Below are positions 9,683-19,581 of a DNA stretch of 64,000 nt, piece after piece (positions within the stretch are counted from its first letter, which is position 1; every line of letters starts with the position of its first letter). The DNA lies in the NCBI GenBank assembly GCA_026416665.1, contig JAOAET010000041.1, positions 10,425-74,424 of the forward strand, written 5' to 3'. The stretch is from Candidatus Omnitrophota bacterium. Lineage in GTDB: Bacteria; Omnitrophota; Gorgyraeia; Gygaellales; Profunditerraquicolaceae. Under the pieces are notes generated by a model. It did not search any database and was not told the DNA's origin. It saw nothing but the letters and a program-made list of their open reading frames with translations. The position numbers and the translations under genes were made by a program.

Positions 9683-10972
9683 GTGAAGCAGAAAGTGAGA
9701 AGACAAATCAATTTTAATGAGCAACTCCGAGTAATTAATAGCCGACTTAAACAAGAAATCCGTCAACGAAAGAAGGTTGAGGAAGAGTTAAAAAGTGCTT
9801 ACCAGCGTTTAGCAGATATTATAGAATTTCTGCCCGATCCAGTATTTGTTATTGATAAAGAAAAAAAGGTTATTGCTTGGAACAAGGCTTTAGAAGAAAT
9901 GACTTCTGTTAAAAAAGAAGAAATTATTGGCAAAGGTAACTTTGCTTATGCAGTGCCTTTTTACGGAAAGGCCAGACCTGTGCTTATTGACTTAATTTTT
10001 ATGGAAGATAAGGAAGTTGAAGCAAGATATAGTTTTGTGCGAAGGCAGGCAGATACGTTATTTGCTGAGGTTTTCGCACCGATGGTTTATGGTGGGAAAG
10101 GTGCCTTTCTGTGGCTTAAGGCATCACCATTATATGATAGCAAACATAACATAGTCGGTGCAATAGAGACAATTCGTGATATTACTCAACATAAAGAAGC
10201 AGAGGCGATTTTAAAGAAAGACAAAGAGAGTTTACAGCTACTAATGAAAGAACGTACAGAACAACTTCTTAAAGTGCAGAAGGAGTTAGCAGACGCAAGA
10301 CATTTATCAGAAATAGGCACACTTGCTGCCACAATAGCCCATGAGTTACGTAATCCTTTGGCAGCTATTCGTACAGCAGCCTATAACATAGGTAAAAAAA
10401 GTGATGACCAACGTTTAAAGCCGCATTTAGAGAATATCGATAAAAAAGTGGCGGAATGCGACCAAATCATTACTAATCTTTTGAACTATTCGCGGATTAA
10501 AACACCACATTTTGCTGAAGTAAAAATTCACCAGTTGTTAAACGAATGCATTGCACAAACACGTCAACGCTACAGTAGCTTAAAAATCAGATTAAGAAAA
10601 TTTTGTAATTGCAAAGAAAATGATACTATCTGCGCTGATGCTGTCCAGTTAAAAGAGCTTTTTAATAATGTCCTTAATAACGCCTTTGAAGCTTGTGAAC
10701 AAAATAAGGGTAGCATTACTGTGTATATTAATTATCAGCCCGCTAGTCATGTTACTGTGGTAATTGAGGATACAGGCATAGGTATACCTGCAGAGCATAT
10801 GAAACACCTTATGCAGCCATTTTTTACTACAAAGCAAAAGGGAACAGGTCTTGGTTTGGCAGTCTGTCAGCAATTAGTTAACTTACATCAGGGAACTATT
10901 AGTATTACCAGTAAGGTAGGTAAAGGTACACGCGTAACTATTAATTTACCCGCTGTTCATGACCGCTCATAA
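9683..10972 (+). CDS. PAS-domain sensor histidine kinase
   Basis: PAS region, H-box AHELRNPLAAI, and a HATPase_c G-box (GTGLGLAV). GTG start. Confidence 0.8.
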   Translation: MKQKVRRQINFNEQLRVINSRLKQEIRQRKKVEEELKSAYQRLADIIEFLPDPVFVIDKEKKVIAWNKALEEMTSVKKEEIIGKGNFAYAVPFYGKARPVLIDLIFMEDKEVEARYSFVRRQADTLFAEVFAPMVYGGKGAFLWLKASPLYDSKHNIVGAIETIRDITQHKEAEAILKKDKESLQLLMKERTEQLLKVQKELADARHLSEIGTLAATIAHELRNPLAAIRTAAYNIGKKSDDQRLKPHLENIDKKVAECDQIITNLLNYSRIKTPHFAEVKIHQLLNECIAQTRQRYSSLKIRLRKFCNCKENDTICADAVQLKELFNNVLNNAFEACEQNKGSITVYINYQPASHVTVVIEDTGIGIPAEHMKHLMQPFFTTKQKGTGLGLAVCQQLVNLHQGTISITSKVGKGTRVTINLPAVHDRS

Positions 10973-11187
10973 TCCTTTAAGTTATTTTTCTTTCTTAATT
11001 AATTGCTTTATCTCAAATTGAACTTTCAAAAATGCTGTTTTTTCAAGTAAAAGTAAAGTTGAAAACAAAGGTGGAAAAAAGTCAAAAGAAAGGGGAAAGA
11101 AGTGATTTACAAATTTATCAAATTATGTAAATATTTTAAGTGGGATAAAAGTACTTGATTTACAAAAGGATAAAATAGACAGAGATA

Positions 11188-11577
11188 ATGGAGAAAAAAA
11201 TTCTAGTAGTGGATGATGATAAAGAATTCTTAGAAGAACTACAAGAAACCTTAACTTTAAGTGGCTATGAGGTTAAGGCTATTTCTGATCCACGGAAGGC
11301 ATTGGCTGTAGCTATGCAACTTAAACCCGATATTATTGTGCTGGACCTAAAAATGCCAGGTATGACAGGATTTGAGGTAGTAAACAAAATTAAGAGTACA
11401 CCAGTTACTGAGCATATCCCTATTATTGCGATGAGCGGATTTTTTACTGCTGAGCAGGATGATAGTCTTTTGTCTTTTTTTCAGATTCATCATTACCTAC
11501 GTAAACCTTTTAATCCTCTTGACATAATTGCCCGTATTGAAGAGGTTTTTAAAGAAACAGCACATAAAAGGCATTAG
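11188..11577 (+). CDS. single-domain response regulator
   Basis: ILVVDDDKEF ... IIVLDLKMPGMTG ... YLRKP receiver motifs. 129 aa. Confidence 0.8.
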   Translation: MEKKILVVDDDKEFLEELQETLTLSGYEVKAISDPRKALAVAMQLKPDIIVLDLKMPGMTGFEVVNKIKSTPVTEHIPIIAMSGFFTAEQDDSLLSFFQIHHYLRKPFNPLDIIARIEEVFKETAHKRH

Positions 11578-11941
11578 CTGAAATATTAATAAAATATCAA
11601 TATCGTAAGTCTCTTATAATAAAACAGCACTCTTTAAATATCCCTGCCTATAATTTGTTACTTATTATTAAAAGTTATACTGTTTTATCGCTGTATTTTT
11701 GAAGATTCTGATTATCTATTAATTTTTCTCATAAGCAGAGAAGAATAATTAGATAAACTAAAAGTTACGTTAAAAATTATTTCTCAGACAGCATTGTTTC
11801 TGGCTCAGAGCTTATTTTAGGACATTAGCAGAATCTGTAGGAACCCAATTTTAAAAAAATTGCACAGGAGATTACATTATCAACGCTTTTTAGAAGGTTA
11901 ATTGATTGACTTTTATAAATAGCATTGATATAATCTGAATT

Positions 11942-13609
11942 ATGAAAATAGACAAACTTTTGACCATTGATGAGCGTAAAATCTTGCAGGGTAGCTCTAT
12001 TGCGCATTTTCTTATTGACAGAAACCACACCATTGTTGCTTGGAATCCTGCCTGTGAGGCATTAACTGGTTTTTCCGCCCGCCAAATGATAGGTACTTCT
12101 AATCAGTGGAAACCTTTCTATAATAATCCCCGGCCATGTTTATGTGATTTATTGGTAGACAAAGCTTCTTATCATACAATTAAGCGCCACTATAAGGGAA
12201 TGCAAATAAAACGTTGGGGATTAATCAGAGGGGCCTATGAGATAGAGGGCTTTTTTTCTGAAATGCATAAAAAAGGTAAATGGCTTCGCTTCACTGCGGC
12301 TCCTTTGTTAAATAAAAAAGGGGACATTATCGGTGCGATAGAAACACTTGAAGACATTACTGAACGTAAGCAAGCAGAAGAAAAAACAAAAGCGCTTAAT
12401 CGTAAACTTATTGTTACCAATCGCAAACTACGGATGGTTGCTCTTCGTGATATGCTTACAGGGCTTTTTAATCAACGGTATCTTGAAGAAGTCCTCGAAG
12501 CAGAGTTTTTGCGAGCAAAACGTTATGGGCAGGCCCTTTCTATTATTATGCTTGATATTGATTATTTTAAATCTATCAACGAACGCTATGGCCGTAAATT
12601 TGGAGACCAGGTACTTGTACAGTTAGCCGTATTTCTTAAAAAAATAGTAAGGAAATACGATATCCTAGTGCGTTATGGAGGTGAGGAATTTATAATTATT
12701 TCTCCTGGAAGTAACTTTTATCAAACCAGTGTTTTGGCTCGTAGAATAATGGATGAGATAAATCTGTATTCTTTTGGAGATACAAGACATTCTTTGAAGC
12801 TTAAACTAAGTATGGCTGTGGTTTGCTTGCCAGATGATAAAATAGTTAACAGTGAAGACCTTCTGCGTATTGGAGAAGAGTTGTTATTAAAGGCAAAAGA
12901 GGCAGGGGGCAACAGAATTTTCAGTAACCAAGATAAAAAACAACAAATTTTATCTACAAAGCAAAAACGTAAGCAAAAGGAAACTATTGAGAGTCTACGT
13001 TATCAACTACAGCAAATAACTAGGCGTGCTAATCAGAATTTGATGGAGGCAATTTTTGCTTTTGCTAAGGCGATTGAGTTACGTGACCATTATACTGGAG
13101 AACACGTTGAACAGACTGTTTATTATGCCACACAGATTGGACGTATGTTGAAACTAAGTGAGGAGGAGATTGAAAATATAAGGCAGGCAGCGGTGTTACA
13201 TGACCTTGGTAAAATTGGTATAAGCGATAATATACTTCTTAAGAAAGGTAAACTTTCTGAAGAAGAATATCTGCAGATTAAAAAACACCCCGAGATTGCT
13301 GCGGATATTTTAAGACCGATTCATTTTCTACGTTCGGTCATTCCTTACATACTTTATCACCACGAACGATGGGATGGTAAGGGTTATCCCAGTGGTCTTA
13401 AAGGGCAGCTTATTCCTGTGGGTGCAAGAATTATTGCCTTGGCTGATGTTTTTCAGGCACTGACTTCTAATCGTCCCTATCGAAAGGCTTTTACAAAAGA
13501 AGAAGCAATTCGTATCATTAAACAAGGTTCAGGTAAACAATTTGACCCAAAGATTGTAAGGGCTTTTTTAGCATTAATTAAGAAAAAAAATATCCACTCT
13601 GTTAAATAG
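11942..13609 (+). CDS. PAS-GGDEF-HD-GYP protein (diguanylate cyclase fused to c-di-GMP phosphodiesterase)
   Basis: N-terminal PAS domain. The GGDEF domain has an intact RYGGEEF motif. The C-terminal HD-GYP has HDLGKIG and HHERWDGKGYP motifs. Confidence 0.8.
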   Translation: MKIDKLLTIDERKILQGSSIAHFLIDRNHTIVAWNPACEALTGFSARQMIGTSNQWKPFYNNPRPCLCDLLVDKASYHTIKRHYKGMQIKRWGLIRGAYEIEGFFSEMHKKGKWLRFTAAPLLNKKGDIIGAIETLEDITERKQAEEKTKALNRKLIVTNRKLRMVALRDMLTGLFNQRYLEEVLEAEFLRAKRYGQALSIIMLDIDYFKSINERYGRKFGDQVLVQLAVFLKKIVRKYDILVRYGGEEFIIISPGSNFYQTSVLARRIMDEINLYSFGDTRHSLKLKLSMAVVCLPDDKIVNSEDLLRIGEELLLKAKEAGGNRIFSNQDKKQQILSTKQKRKQKETIESLRYQLQQITRRANQNLMEAIFAFAKAIELRDHYTGEHVEQTVYYATQIGRMLKLSEEEIENIRQAAVLHDLGKIGISDNILLKKGKLSEEEYLQIKKHPEIAADILRPIHFLRSVIPYILYHHERWDGKGYPSGLKGQLIPVGARIIALADVFQALTSNRPYRKAFTKEEAIRIIKQGSGKQFDPKIVRAFLALIKKKNIHSVK

Positions 13610-13618
13610 TTCTTATCT

Positions 13619-14305
13619 ATGTTTTCCTTCTTCTCTTACCCTATATTCTTTTATACGCTGGTTCTATTATTAATGGTTACATCCTTATGTGCTATTTTCT
13701 TACAAGAGAAGGAACAACGACGCACTATTCAAAAAAAGGAAAAACAGCTTGAAGAATATAGAAGACGAATTATGCAGTTAGAGGCATTAGGAAATAAAAA
13801 AGAAGAATTTCAGCAAAAGATACAACAATTAGAGAAGATTATTCAAGAAAACGAGGAAAATTTTGTAAAGTATTCAGAAGAAATTAAGCAAGCAACTGAA
13901 ACCAAGGAAATATTGACTAACCAATTAGTTTTATTACAATCACAATTAGACACAAAAGAAGATACACTCCAGCAGATGAAGCTTGCTAAGCAAAGGTTGG
14001 AAGAAGAAATTACCCGTCTACAACAAGAATTAGAAACAAGTAAGAGAGAATTAGAATTATCTAATCAGATGTATAACGGCCTTAAAGGTCAATTTGATGA
14101 GATGGAAGATAAATATAATCAACTTTTCCAGAAGTTTGTTGCATTACAGCAGAAACAGGAAAAAGAAAATACCAGAGATTATTCTTTAGATAATACACCT
14201 CATCCAGAACAGACTGAACAGCAAGACATTGCTGCAAAAATTAAAATACCAAATCTTGCTGCAGGGCTTCAGCAGTTCAATGAACCTAAGAACGATTCTT
14301 CTTAA
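13619..14305 (+). CDS. membrane-anchored coiled-coil protein
   Basis: N-terminal TM helix, then heptad-rich Q/E/K/L sequence. 228 aa. Confidence 0.5.
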   Translation: MFSFFSYPIFFYTLVLLLMVTSLCAIFLQEKEQRRTIQKKEKQLEEYRRRIMQLEALGNKKEEFQQKIQQLEKIIQENEENFVKYSEEIKQATETKEILTNQLVLLQSQLDTKEDTLQQMKLAKQRLEEEITRLQQELETSKRELELSNQMYNGLKGQFDEMEDKYNQLFQKFVALQQKQEKENTRDYSLDNTPHPEQTEQQDIAAKIKIPNLAAGLQQFNEPKNDSS

Positions 14306-14548
14306 TAATCCAAAGATTTATAAAGCAAAAGTTGGTCGGTGTTGTTTTCTTATTTATATTACAACTTATTAAATAAAAAAATTAGTAGGATATAGGTTTA
14401 CATATAAAACTATTTTTGGGGAAATACAATGAAGAGAAAGATTTTTCAGATAAAAAAGATTTGGATATGCCCAGACGGATTTTGTGTAGCTACTTGAAAG
14501 TTAGTAGAGTATCGCTGTAATTTATTCCAAAAGGTAAAGGAGTAAAAA

Positions 14549-14893
14549 ATGGATCGAAATACTGAAAAATTTGTGGGTTACTGTTTGTTAATATTGGGAT
14601 TATTTATCATTATTTTTTCGGCTTATCAGGTATACATTGTTTTTGTAGGCATAGCAAATCCACCGCGCGTGATGAATTTTGAAGATATTACTATGCAACT
14701 ACCTAATATTCAAGGGAAAGTTGAGATATTTGCTTCTGATATACTTAACAAAATAGGTAATCTAATACTATGGTATCTAGTTATGTTTTTTATGGTTAGT
14801 TGTGGGCATAAAATTGCTAACCTGGGAATTTTTCTTCTACGGCAGATTAAAGTCAGCGTGAAAGCAAAAGAGGATATTTCACAAGATAGTTAA
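14549..14893 (+). CDS. small hypothetical membrane protein
   Basis: 114 aa with two hydrophobic helices and an RBS-like AAAGGAG upstream. Confidence 0.4.
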   Translation: MDRNTEKFVGYCLLILGLFIIIFSAYQVYIVFVGIANPPRVMNFEDITMQLPNIQGKVEIFASDILNKIGNLILWYLVMFFMVSCGHKIANLGIFLLRQIKVSVKAKEDISQDS

Positions 14894-14898
14894 CTTAA

Positions 14899-15342
14899 TT
14901 GTTAAGAAAAATGTTTATTTTTTTAATAAGATGGATTATAGATGCGGTTAGCTTGGCGTTTGTAGTATGGTTATTTCCAAACGTTAGTGTGGATTCTTGG
15001 AGAACACTTCTCTTGGCGGCATTTTGCCTGGGGTTGGTTAATGCTACACTTAAACCTTTTTTATTATTGTGGACATTACCTCTTTCTTTATTAACATTCG
15101 GTTTTTTTACATTTGTTATCAACGGATTGCTTTTCTATGGGGTTTCAAAATTTGTGAAGGGCTTTTTTGTAGAGAACTTTACTAGTGCCTTCTTAGCCGC
15201 TTTAGTAATGTCGATAGTTAGTTTCATTGGAAATATTTTATTGGCACATCAAGGCAAGATGAATATTTATTTTTATCGTGACAATTGGTCTACGAGAAGG
15301 TATAAGGACAGTATTGATGTCAGAGCAAAAAAATTGAAATAA
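14899..15342 (+). CDS. DUF360 (YvlD/Phage_holin_4_2 family) membrane protein
   Basis: WIIDAVSLAFVVWLFPNVSV...LGLVNATLKPFLLLWTLPLSLLTFGFFTFVINGLLF matches the DUF360 consensus closely. Confidence 0.7.
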   Translation: MLRKMFIFLIRWIIDAVSLAFVVWLFPNVSVDSWRTLLLAAFCLGLVNATLKPFLLLWTLPLSLLTFGFFTFVINGLLFYGVSKFVKGFFVENFTSAFLAALVMSIVSFIGNILLAHQGKMNIYFYRDNWSTRRYKDSIDVRAKKLK

Positions 15343-15367
15343 TAAATTATTAAACAAGGTAATAGCA

Positions 15368-15970
15368 ATGGTAATGAGAAGATTAAAACAGTATTTTTTT
15401 GCGGGGATAGTTTTTATTGTCCCTCTGGCGGTTACTGTTTATGTCCTATTCGTTTTGTTTAGTTTCTTCGATTCTATTATTGGAAGATATATTCAACAAT
15501 ATATTCAGGATAAATTCGGATTTTACATTCCTGGTATAGGAGTAGCTTTACTTATTATTATTATCTTAATTACAGGATTTTTTGCCAACCGTTTTTTCAG
15601 ACACGGTTTCTTTATACGTATTGAGCAGTGGTTTAGTAAGTTACCTCTTGTAGCAAATCTCTATCCTACCTTAAAACAAGTTATCCTCTTTGTGGCTGCT
15701 CAGAAGGAATTCGGTTTTAAATCTGTGGTGCTTGTGGAATATCCACGTAAAGGTATATGGACATTAGGATTCTTGACTAATGAGCATTTCTCGGCAGTAA
15801 ATAAAGCGGCCAATCAGCAATTAATAGCAGTATATCTACCAATGTCACCTAATCCCCTCTCTGGCTATGTGGCTTTTTTTGAGCGCTCGGAAATAGTACC
15901 AGTGGATATGACGGTAGCCCAGGCACTTAATGTTATTCTATCAGCGGGAGTTTTTGGTTCACAAAAATAG
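15368..15970 (+). CDS. DUF502 family membrane protein
   Basis: FFAGIVFIVPLAVTVYVLFVLFSFFDSIIG N-terminal DUF502 pattern. 200 aa. Confidence 0.6.
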   Translation: MVMRRLKQYFFAGIVFIVPLAVTVYVLFVLFSFFDSIIGRYIQQYIQDKFGFYIPGIGVALLIIIILITGFFANRFFRHGFFIRIEQWFSKLPLVANLYPTLKQVILFVAAQKEFGFKSVVLVEYPRKGIWTLGFLTNEHFSAVNKAANQQLIAVYLPMSPNPLSGYVAFFERSEIVPVDMTVAQALNVILSAGVFGSQK

Positions 15971-16048
15971 TTGTTTTGATTTTTCTATTATGGTATTATA
16001 AAAAAACTTTAAAGGAAATCGTTTTTGGTCAGCTTATAAGGAGGCGAA

Positions 16049-16663
16049 ATGGGACATCTGATTATGAAGGGCGGGCCAGTAATGGTTCCGATTATTTTAG
16101 GTTCAATTTTTGGGTTCGCAATAGTAATAGAAAAGTTCATTTTTTTATTCCGTCTACGATATGATACAAGTTCCTTTGTTCAAGAGATATTTAAGGACCT
16201 AAAAGCAAACAAACCTCAACGGGCACTGTTGACCTGTGAACGTATGAGTAATTTTCCTTTAGCTGTAGTGTTTAAGATAGGTATTGAGCGAAGGATGCTT
16301 TCTGCAGAGCGTCTTGAAAAAATACTTGAGCAAGCGGGTAATAACCAGCTTCAACGTTTAGAAAAACGAATGGGTGCACTTGCTTCTATTATCGGGATAG
16401 AGCCTCTTTTAGGTTTTTTAGGAACGATAACCGGTCTTATCCGTGCCTTTATGATGTGGGAGCAAGCAGGAGCAAATATTACAGTCAGTGCATTAGCCAG
16501 TGGTATATATGAGGCGATGATTACTACCGCTACAGGTTTGGGGGTTTCTATACCTCTATATCTGTGCTATAACTACTTTATAAGCAGAATTAAATATCTA
16601 GCATGGGATTTAAATAACTATACTGTGCAGTTAGTAGAAGTTTTACAGGAATTAAAGGCATAG
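16049..16663 (+). CDS. MotA/TolQ/ExbB proton-channel family protein
   Basis: 204 aa with three TM helices and LASIIGIEPLLGFLGTITGLIRAF motif. Confidence 0.75.
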   Translation: MGHLIMKGGPVMVPIILGSIFGFAIVIEKFIFLFRLRYDTSSFVQEIFKDLKANKPQRALLTCERMSNFPLAVVFKIGIERRMLSAERLEKILEQAGNNQLQRLEKRMGALASIIGIEPLLGFLGTITGLIRAFMMWEQAGANITVSALASGIYEAMITTATGLGVSIPLYLCYNYFISRIKYLAWDLNNYTVQLVEVLQELKA

Positions 16664-16671
16664 AGCAAAAA

Positions 16672-17091
16672 ATGAAAATAATTCCCCGATATAATTACTT
16701 ATCCGGCTTAGAGTCTATTGCAATGACTGATATAATTCTTAATATGTTTATATTTTTCTTTATCTCGTTCAGTCTGCTTTATACCTTTAATCCTCACCGC
16801 ATACAAAAACTAGATGTAAAATTACCAAAAGCTTCACAAACTACAACTATTGGAGAACAAGAGCAGATAAATATAACCCTAAATAATGAAGGTCTGATAT
16901 TTGTAGGAGAGGATTTAGTAAGTCTTAAAGAACTAAAGGGTATAGTATCCACTAAATTACGAAATAATCCTGAGTTAATCGTCATTTTACGTGCTGACCG
17001 TCTGGTTAGTTTTAATAAGATCGTAGGAGTCTTAGATACCCTTACTGAACTAGGTATTACTAATTTACATATTGCTGCCATCAGAGAATAA
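16672..17091 (+). CDS. ExbD/TolR biopolymer transport protein
   Basis: 139 aa. Single N-terminal TM, and ELIVILRADRLVSFNKIVGVLDTL C-terminal ExbD fold motif. Confidence 0.75.
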   Translation: MKIIPRYNYLSGLESIAMTDIILNMFIFFFISFSLLYTFNPHRIQKLDVKLPKASQTTTIGEQEQINITLNNEGLIFVGEDLVSLKELKGIVSTKLRNNPELIVILRADRLVSFNKIVGVLDTLTELGITNLHIAAIRE

Positions 17092-17652
17092 ATGACTGTT
17101 TTAAATCTTATTCCTCAGCAGGTAACTTCGCGTATCTTAACTTTATTAGAACGCAAGAAACTCATAAAAACTTTAATACCTTCTCAAAAAATTCTCAATT
17201 GTAATGCTCCCCAAGGAGCATTAGAGGTAATTTACAAATCTTGCCACCGCTATGGTAGCCACAAGTTGATTTGCGTGAAGAAGAATTCTGAGCATATAAG
17301 ACTTACTTATCACGGAGATAATGAAGAATTCATTTTGGTAAATCCCAATGGTCATGTATATCGACCTCTATATATTGTCATTGCTCTTGATAAAAAAGAT
17401 GTTTTGTTACGGAAGATAAAAAATAGATGTTTAAGCAGTCGTGATTTTATGTGTCTTGTTATGGACTACCACAACCCAATGACTACGGTTTTTACTATGC
17501 TTAAAGACACTGTGCATTGTGAAGTTACTTCTAAGGGGAGGGGAAGAGGGCCTGTTTTCTTTGTAAGTGAGCCTAGTCGTTTGAAGGCTCATACAGTGCG
17601 TACTCCTGGATATCAACTTTTAATTTTAAACGGAATGCAAAGGAGAAGATAA
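17092..17652 (+). CDS. hypothetical basic protein, no recognisable domain
   Basis: 186 aa ORF directly abutting exbD. Not Pro-rich (not TonB-like). Confidence 0.4.
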   Translation: MTVLNLIPQQVTSRILTLLERKKLIKTLIPSQKILNCNAPQGALEVIYKSCHRYGSHKLICVKKNSEHIRLTYHGDNEEFILVNPNGHVYRPLYIVIALDKKDVLLRKIKNRCLSSRDFMCLVMDYHNPMTTVFTMLKDTVHCEVTSKGRGRGPVFFVSEPSRLKAHTVRTPGYQLLILNGMQRRR

Positions 17653-18269
17653 TGCCCTGTAAAACAATAAAAATTCTGATGTTACTTCTTATTCTAATTA
17701 TTCTAAGTATCTGTGAAAGAACACAGGCAGAAACGATACTTTTAGATGATTTTGAAGGAGCTATTACTGGTGGTGTTGAAGGAACAGTTGATTTTGGTGC
17801 AGGGAATGGGTCATCCGTAGCTGTTTGTGCATCAAGCGACATTAAACAGAGTGGAAATCAGTCATTAAAGATTACTTATCAAGCTGTAGAAGGTGGTTAT
17901 ATGTGGGTTGCGCGCGGTTTTCAGTTAGATGCAAAAAATGCTGTTTGGCTGGTAAAGCCCGAAACTATTCATTGGGAGAAATTTAAGGGTATTTCTTTTT
18001 ATATGTATGGTATGAATTCACTAGTAGATGTCGCTTTTGATATAAAAGACAATGGTGGTGAGATTTGGCGATATAAGATAACCGATGAGTTTACGGGGTG
18101 GAGAAAAATTACTTGTTACTGGGATGAGTTCTTTGCGCGTAACGACTGGCAGCCAGATAACGCTAATAAAAATAGAATTCTTGATTTCCCCCTAAAAAGT
18201 TTTCAATTTGAGGTGCTAACACCAGCAGAAGGTGTCCTTTATTTTGATAGAGTAGAGTTAGTTGACTAA
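17652..18269 (+). CDS. secreted protein, possible carbohydrate-binding (CIA30/CBM-like) beta-sandwich
   Basis: Signal peptide (MPCKTIKILMLLLILIILSICERTQA). The family assignment is tentative. Confidence 0.4.
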   Translation: MPCKTIKILMLLLILIILSICERTQAETILLDDFEGAITGGVEGTVDFGAGNGSSVAVCASSDIKQSGNQSLKITYQAVEGGYMWVARGFQLDAKNAVWLVKPETIHWEKFKGISFYMYGMNSLVDVAFDIKDNGGEIWRYKITDEFTGWRKITCYWDEFFARNDWQPDNANKNRILDFPLKSFQFEVLTPAEGVLYFDRVELVD

Positions 18270-19242
18270 GTTTATTATGCAAAGGAAAACAAGATTTATT
18301 TTAATCGTTAGCGTCTGTATATTATTGGTAATAGGGATTTATTGGGGATATTGCTATTTTATAGACTATCAGTCGACTTCAAAGCACCAGAAATTTTATT
18401 CAGAAAGATTATCAGCGTGGAAAAATCTTAAGAAGATTTTGGAGGACAAAATTGCAGAGTTTGATGGTGACAGTGCAGTTTTGGTTAAAGACCTTACTAT
18501 GGGTTGGAAATATAGTTATAACAAAGAAAAAGTTTTTCCTGCTGCAAGTTTAGTAAAGATACCTATTATGGCAAGCTGTTTTTTGGCAGAAAAAGAAGGT
18601 AAGCTTTCTCTTAAGGAAACTATTACATTGAAACAAAAGGACAAAACTGGTGGTTCGGGGATACTTAAATCTGTTAAATCTGGAACTTATTTTACTATAG
18701 AAGAATTAATTAAAATAATGATAGCCCACAGTGATAACACTGCTTCTAATATGCTAATCAGTAGACTTGGGTTAGAATATATTAATAATGCCTGTAGACA
18801 AATGGGGCTTAGGCATACTCATCTTGAACGAAAGATGATGGACTTCGTAGCAAGAAGACAAGGAAAAGAAAATTATACATCCGTTGAGGATATTGCCTAT
18901 CTTCTAGAAAAATTTTATAGAGGAAACTTTATAAATGCTAGAGTATCAAGAAAATGTATGGAGTTTTTGAAAGAACAGAAAATAAGAGACCGAATACCTA
19001 AGAAGTTACCCCCTGAAGTTCTAATTGCACATAAAACAGGGTTGGAACGTCGTGTTTGCCATGATGTGGGGATTGTCTTTACAGAAAAAGGAGATTTTCT
19101 TATTTGTGTTTTAACACACAGTCCCCAAAAGGCAAGCACTGTAAAAGATTTTATTGCTGACCTTGCCTGGGAAACCTATAAACAGTATTGCAGTTCTGAG
19201 GTAAATAATCAACCAAGGTTAAGTCTTCATTACGGTAAGTAG
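18262..19242 (+). CDS. serine hydrolase with class A beta-lactamase fold
   Basis: SxxK (SLVK), SDN (HSDNTA) and KTG (AHKTGL) motifs are in the correct order. N-terminal TM anchor. Confidence 0.7.
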   Translation: MTKFIMQRKTRFILIVSVCILLVIGIYWGYCYFIDYQSTSKHQKFYSERLSAWKNLKKILEDKIAEFDGDSAVLVKDLTMGWKYSYNKEKVFPAASLVKIPIMASCFLAEKEGKLSLKETITLKQKDKTGGSGILKSVKSGTYFTIEELIKIMIAHSDNTASNMLISRLGLEYINNACRQMGLRHTHLERKMMDFVARRQGKENYTSVEDIAYLLEKFYRGNFINARVSRKCMEFLKEQKIRDRIPKKLPPEVLIAHKTGLERRVCHDVGIVFTEKGDFLICVLTHSPQKASTVKDFIADLAWETYKQYCSSEVNNQPRLSLHYGK

Positions 19243-19278
19243 TAATAATAAATATTCTTATAGAAAGGAAAAATTAAG

Positions 19279-19581
19279 ATGTTTATTATAACCAATTTTC
19301 TCTTGGCGTTGTTATATGTCTTTGATTTAGCAGTAAACATCTATGTATTTTTAATTGTTGCAAGAGTGTTTATCTCTTGGGTTAATGCTGATATGCACAA
19401 CCCAGTTGTGCAATTCATTGTGGCAGTCACAGATATAGTGCTAGAACCAATCCGCAGGCTTTTACCTTCTAAATTTCGTTATCCTATAGATATCTCACCT
19501 ATGGTTGCTTGTTTTATCCTTATCTTTCTGCGGCAATTTCTTACTCCAACTGTTCATTCATTAATTGTAATGTTGCGTTAA
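19279..19581 (+). CDS. YggT family membrane protein
   Basis: 100 aa. YVFLIVARVFISWVN...PIDISPMVA YggT pattern. Confidence 0.7.
   Translation: MFIITNFLLALLYVFDLAVNIYVFLIVARVFISWVNADMHNPVVQFIVAVTDIVLEPIRRLLPSKFRYPIDISPMVACFILIFLRQFLTPTVHSLIVMLR

Noticed and set aside
14411-14479. 22-aa ORF (MKRKIFQIKKIWICPDGFCVAT) in the 14306..14548 intergenic region
   Set aside because: Too short, no RBS, no partner enzyme. Likely chance ORF in AT-rich DNA.
15976-16164. 62-aa ORF overlapping the start of exbB
   Set aside because: Different frame, overlaps a conserved ExbB N-terminus, no recognisable features.
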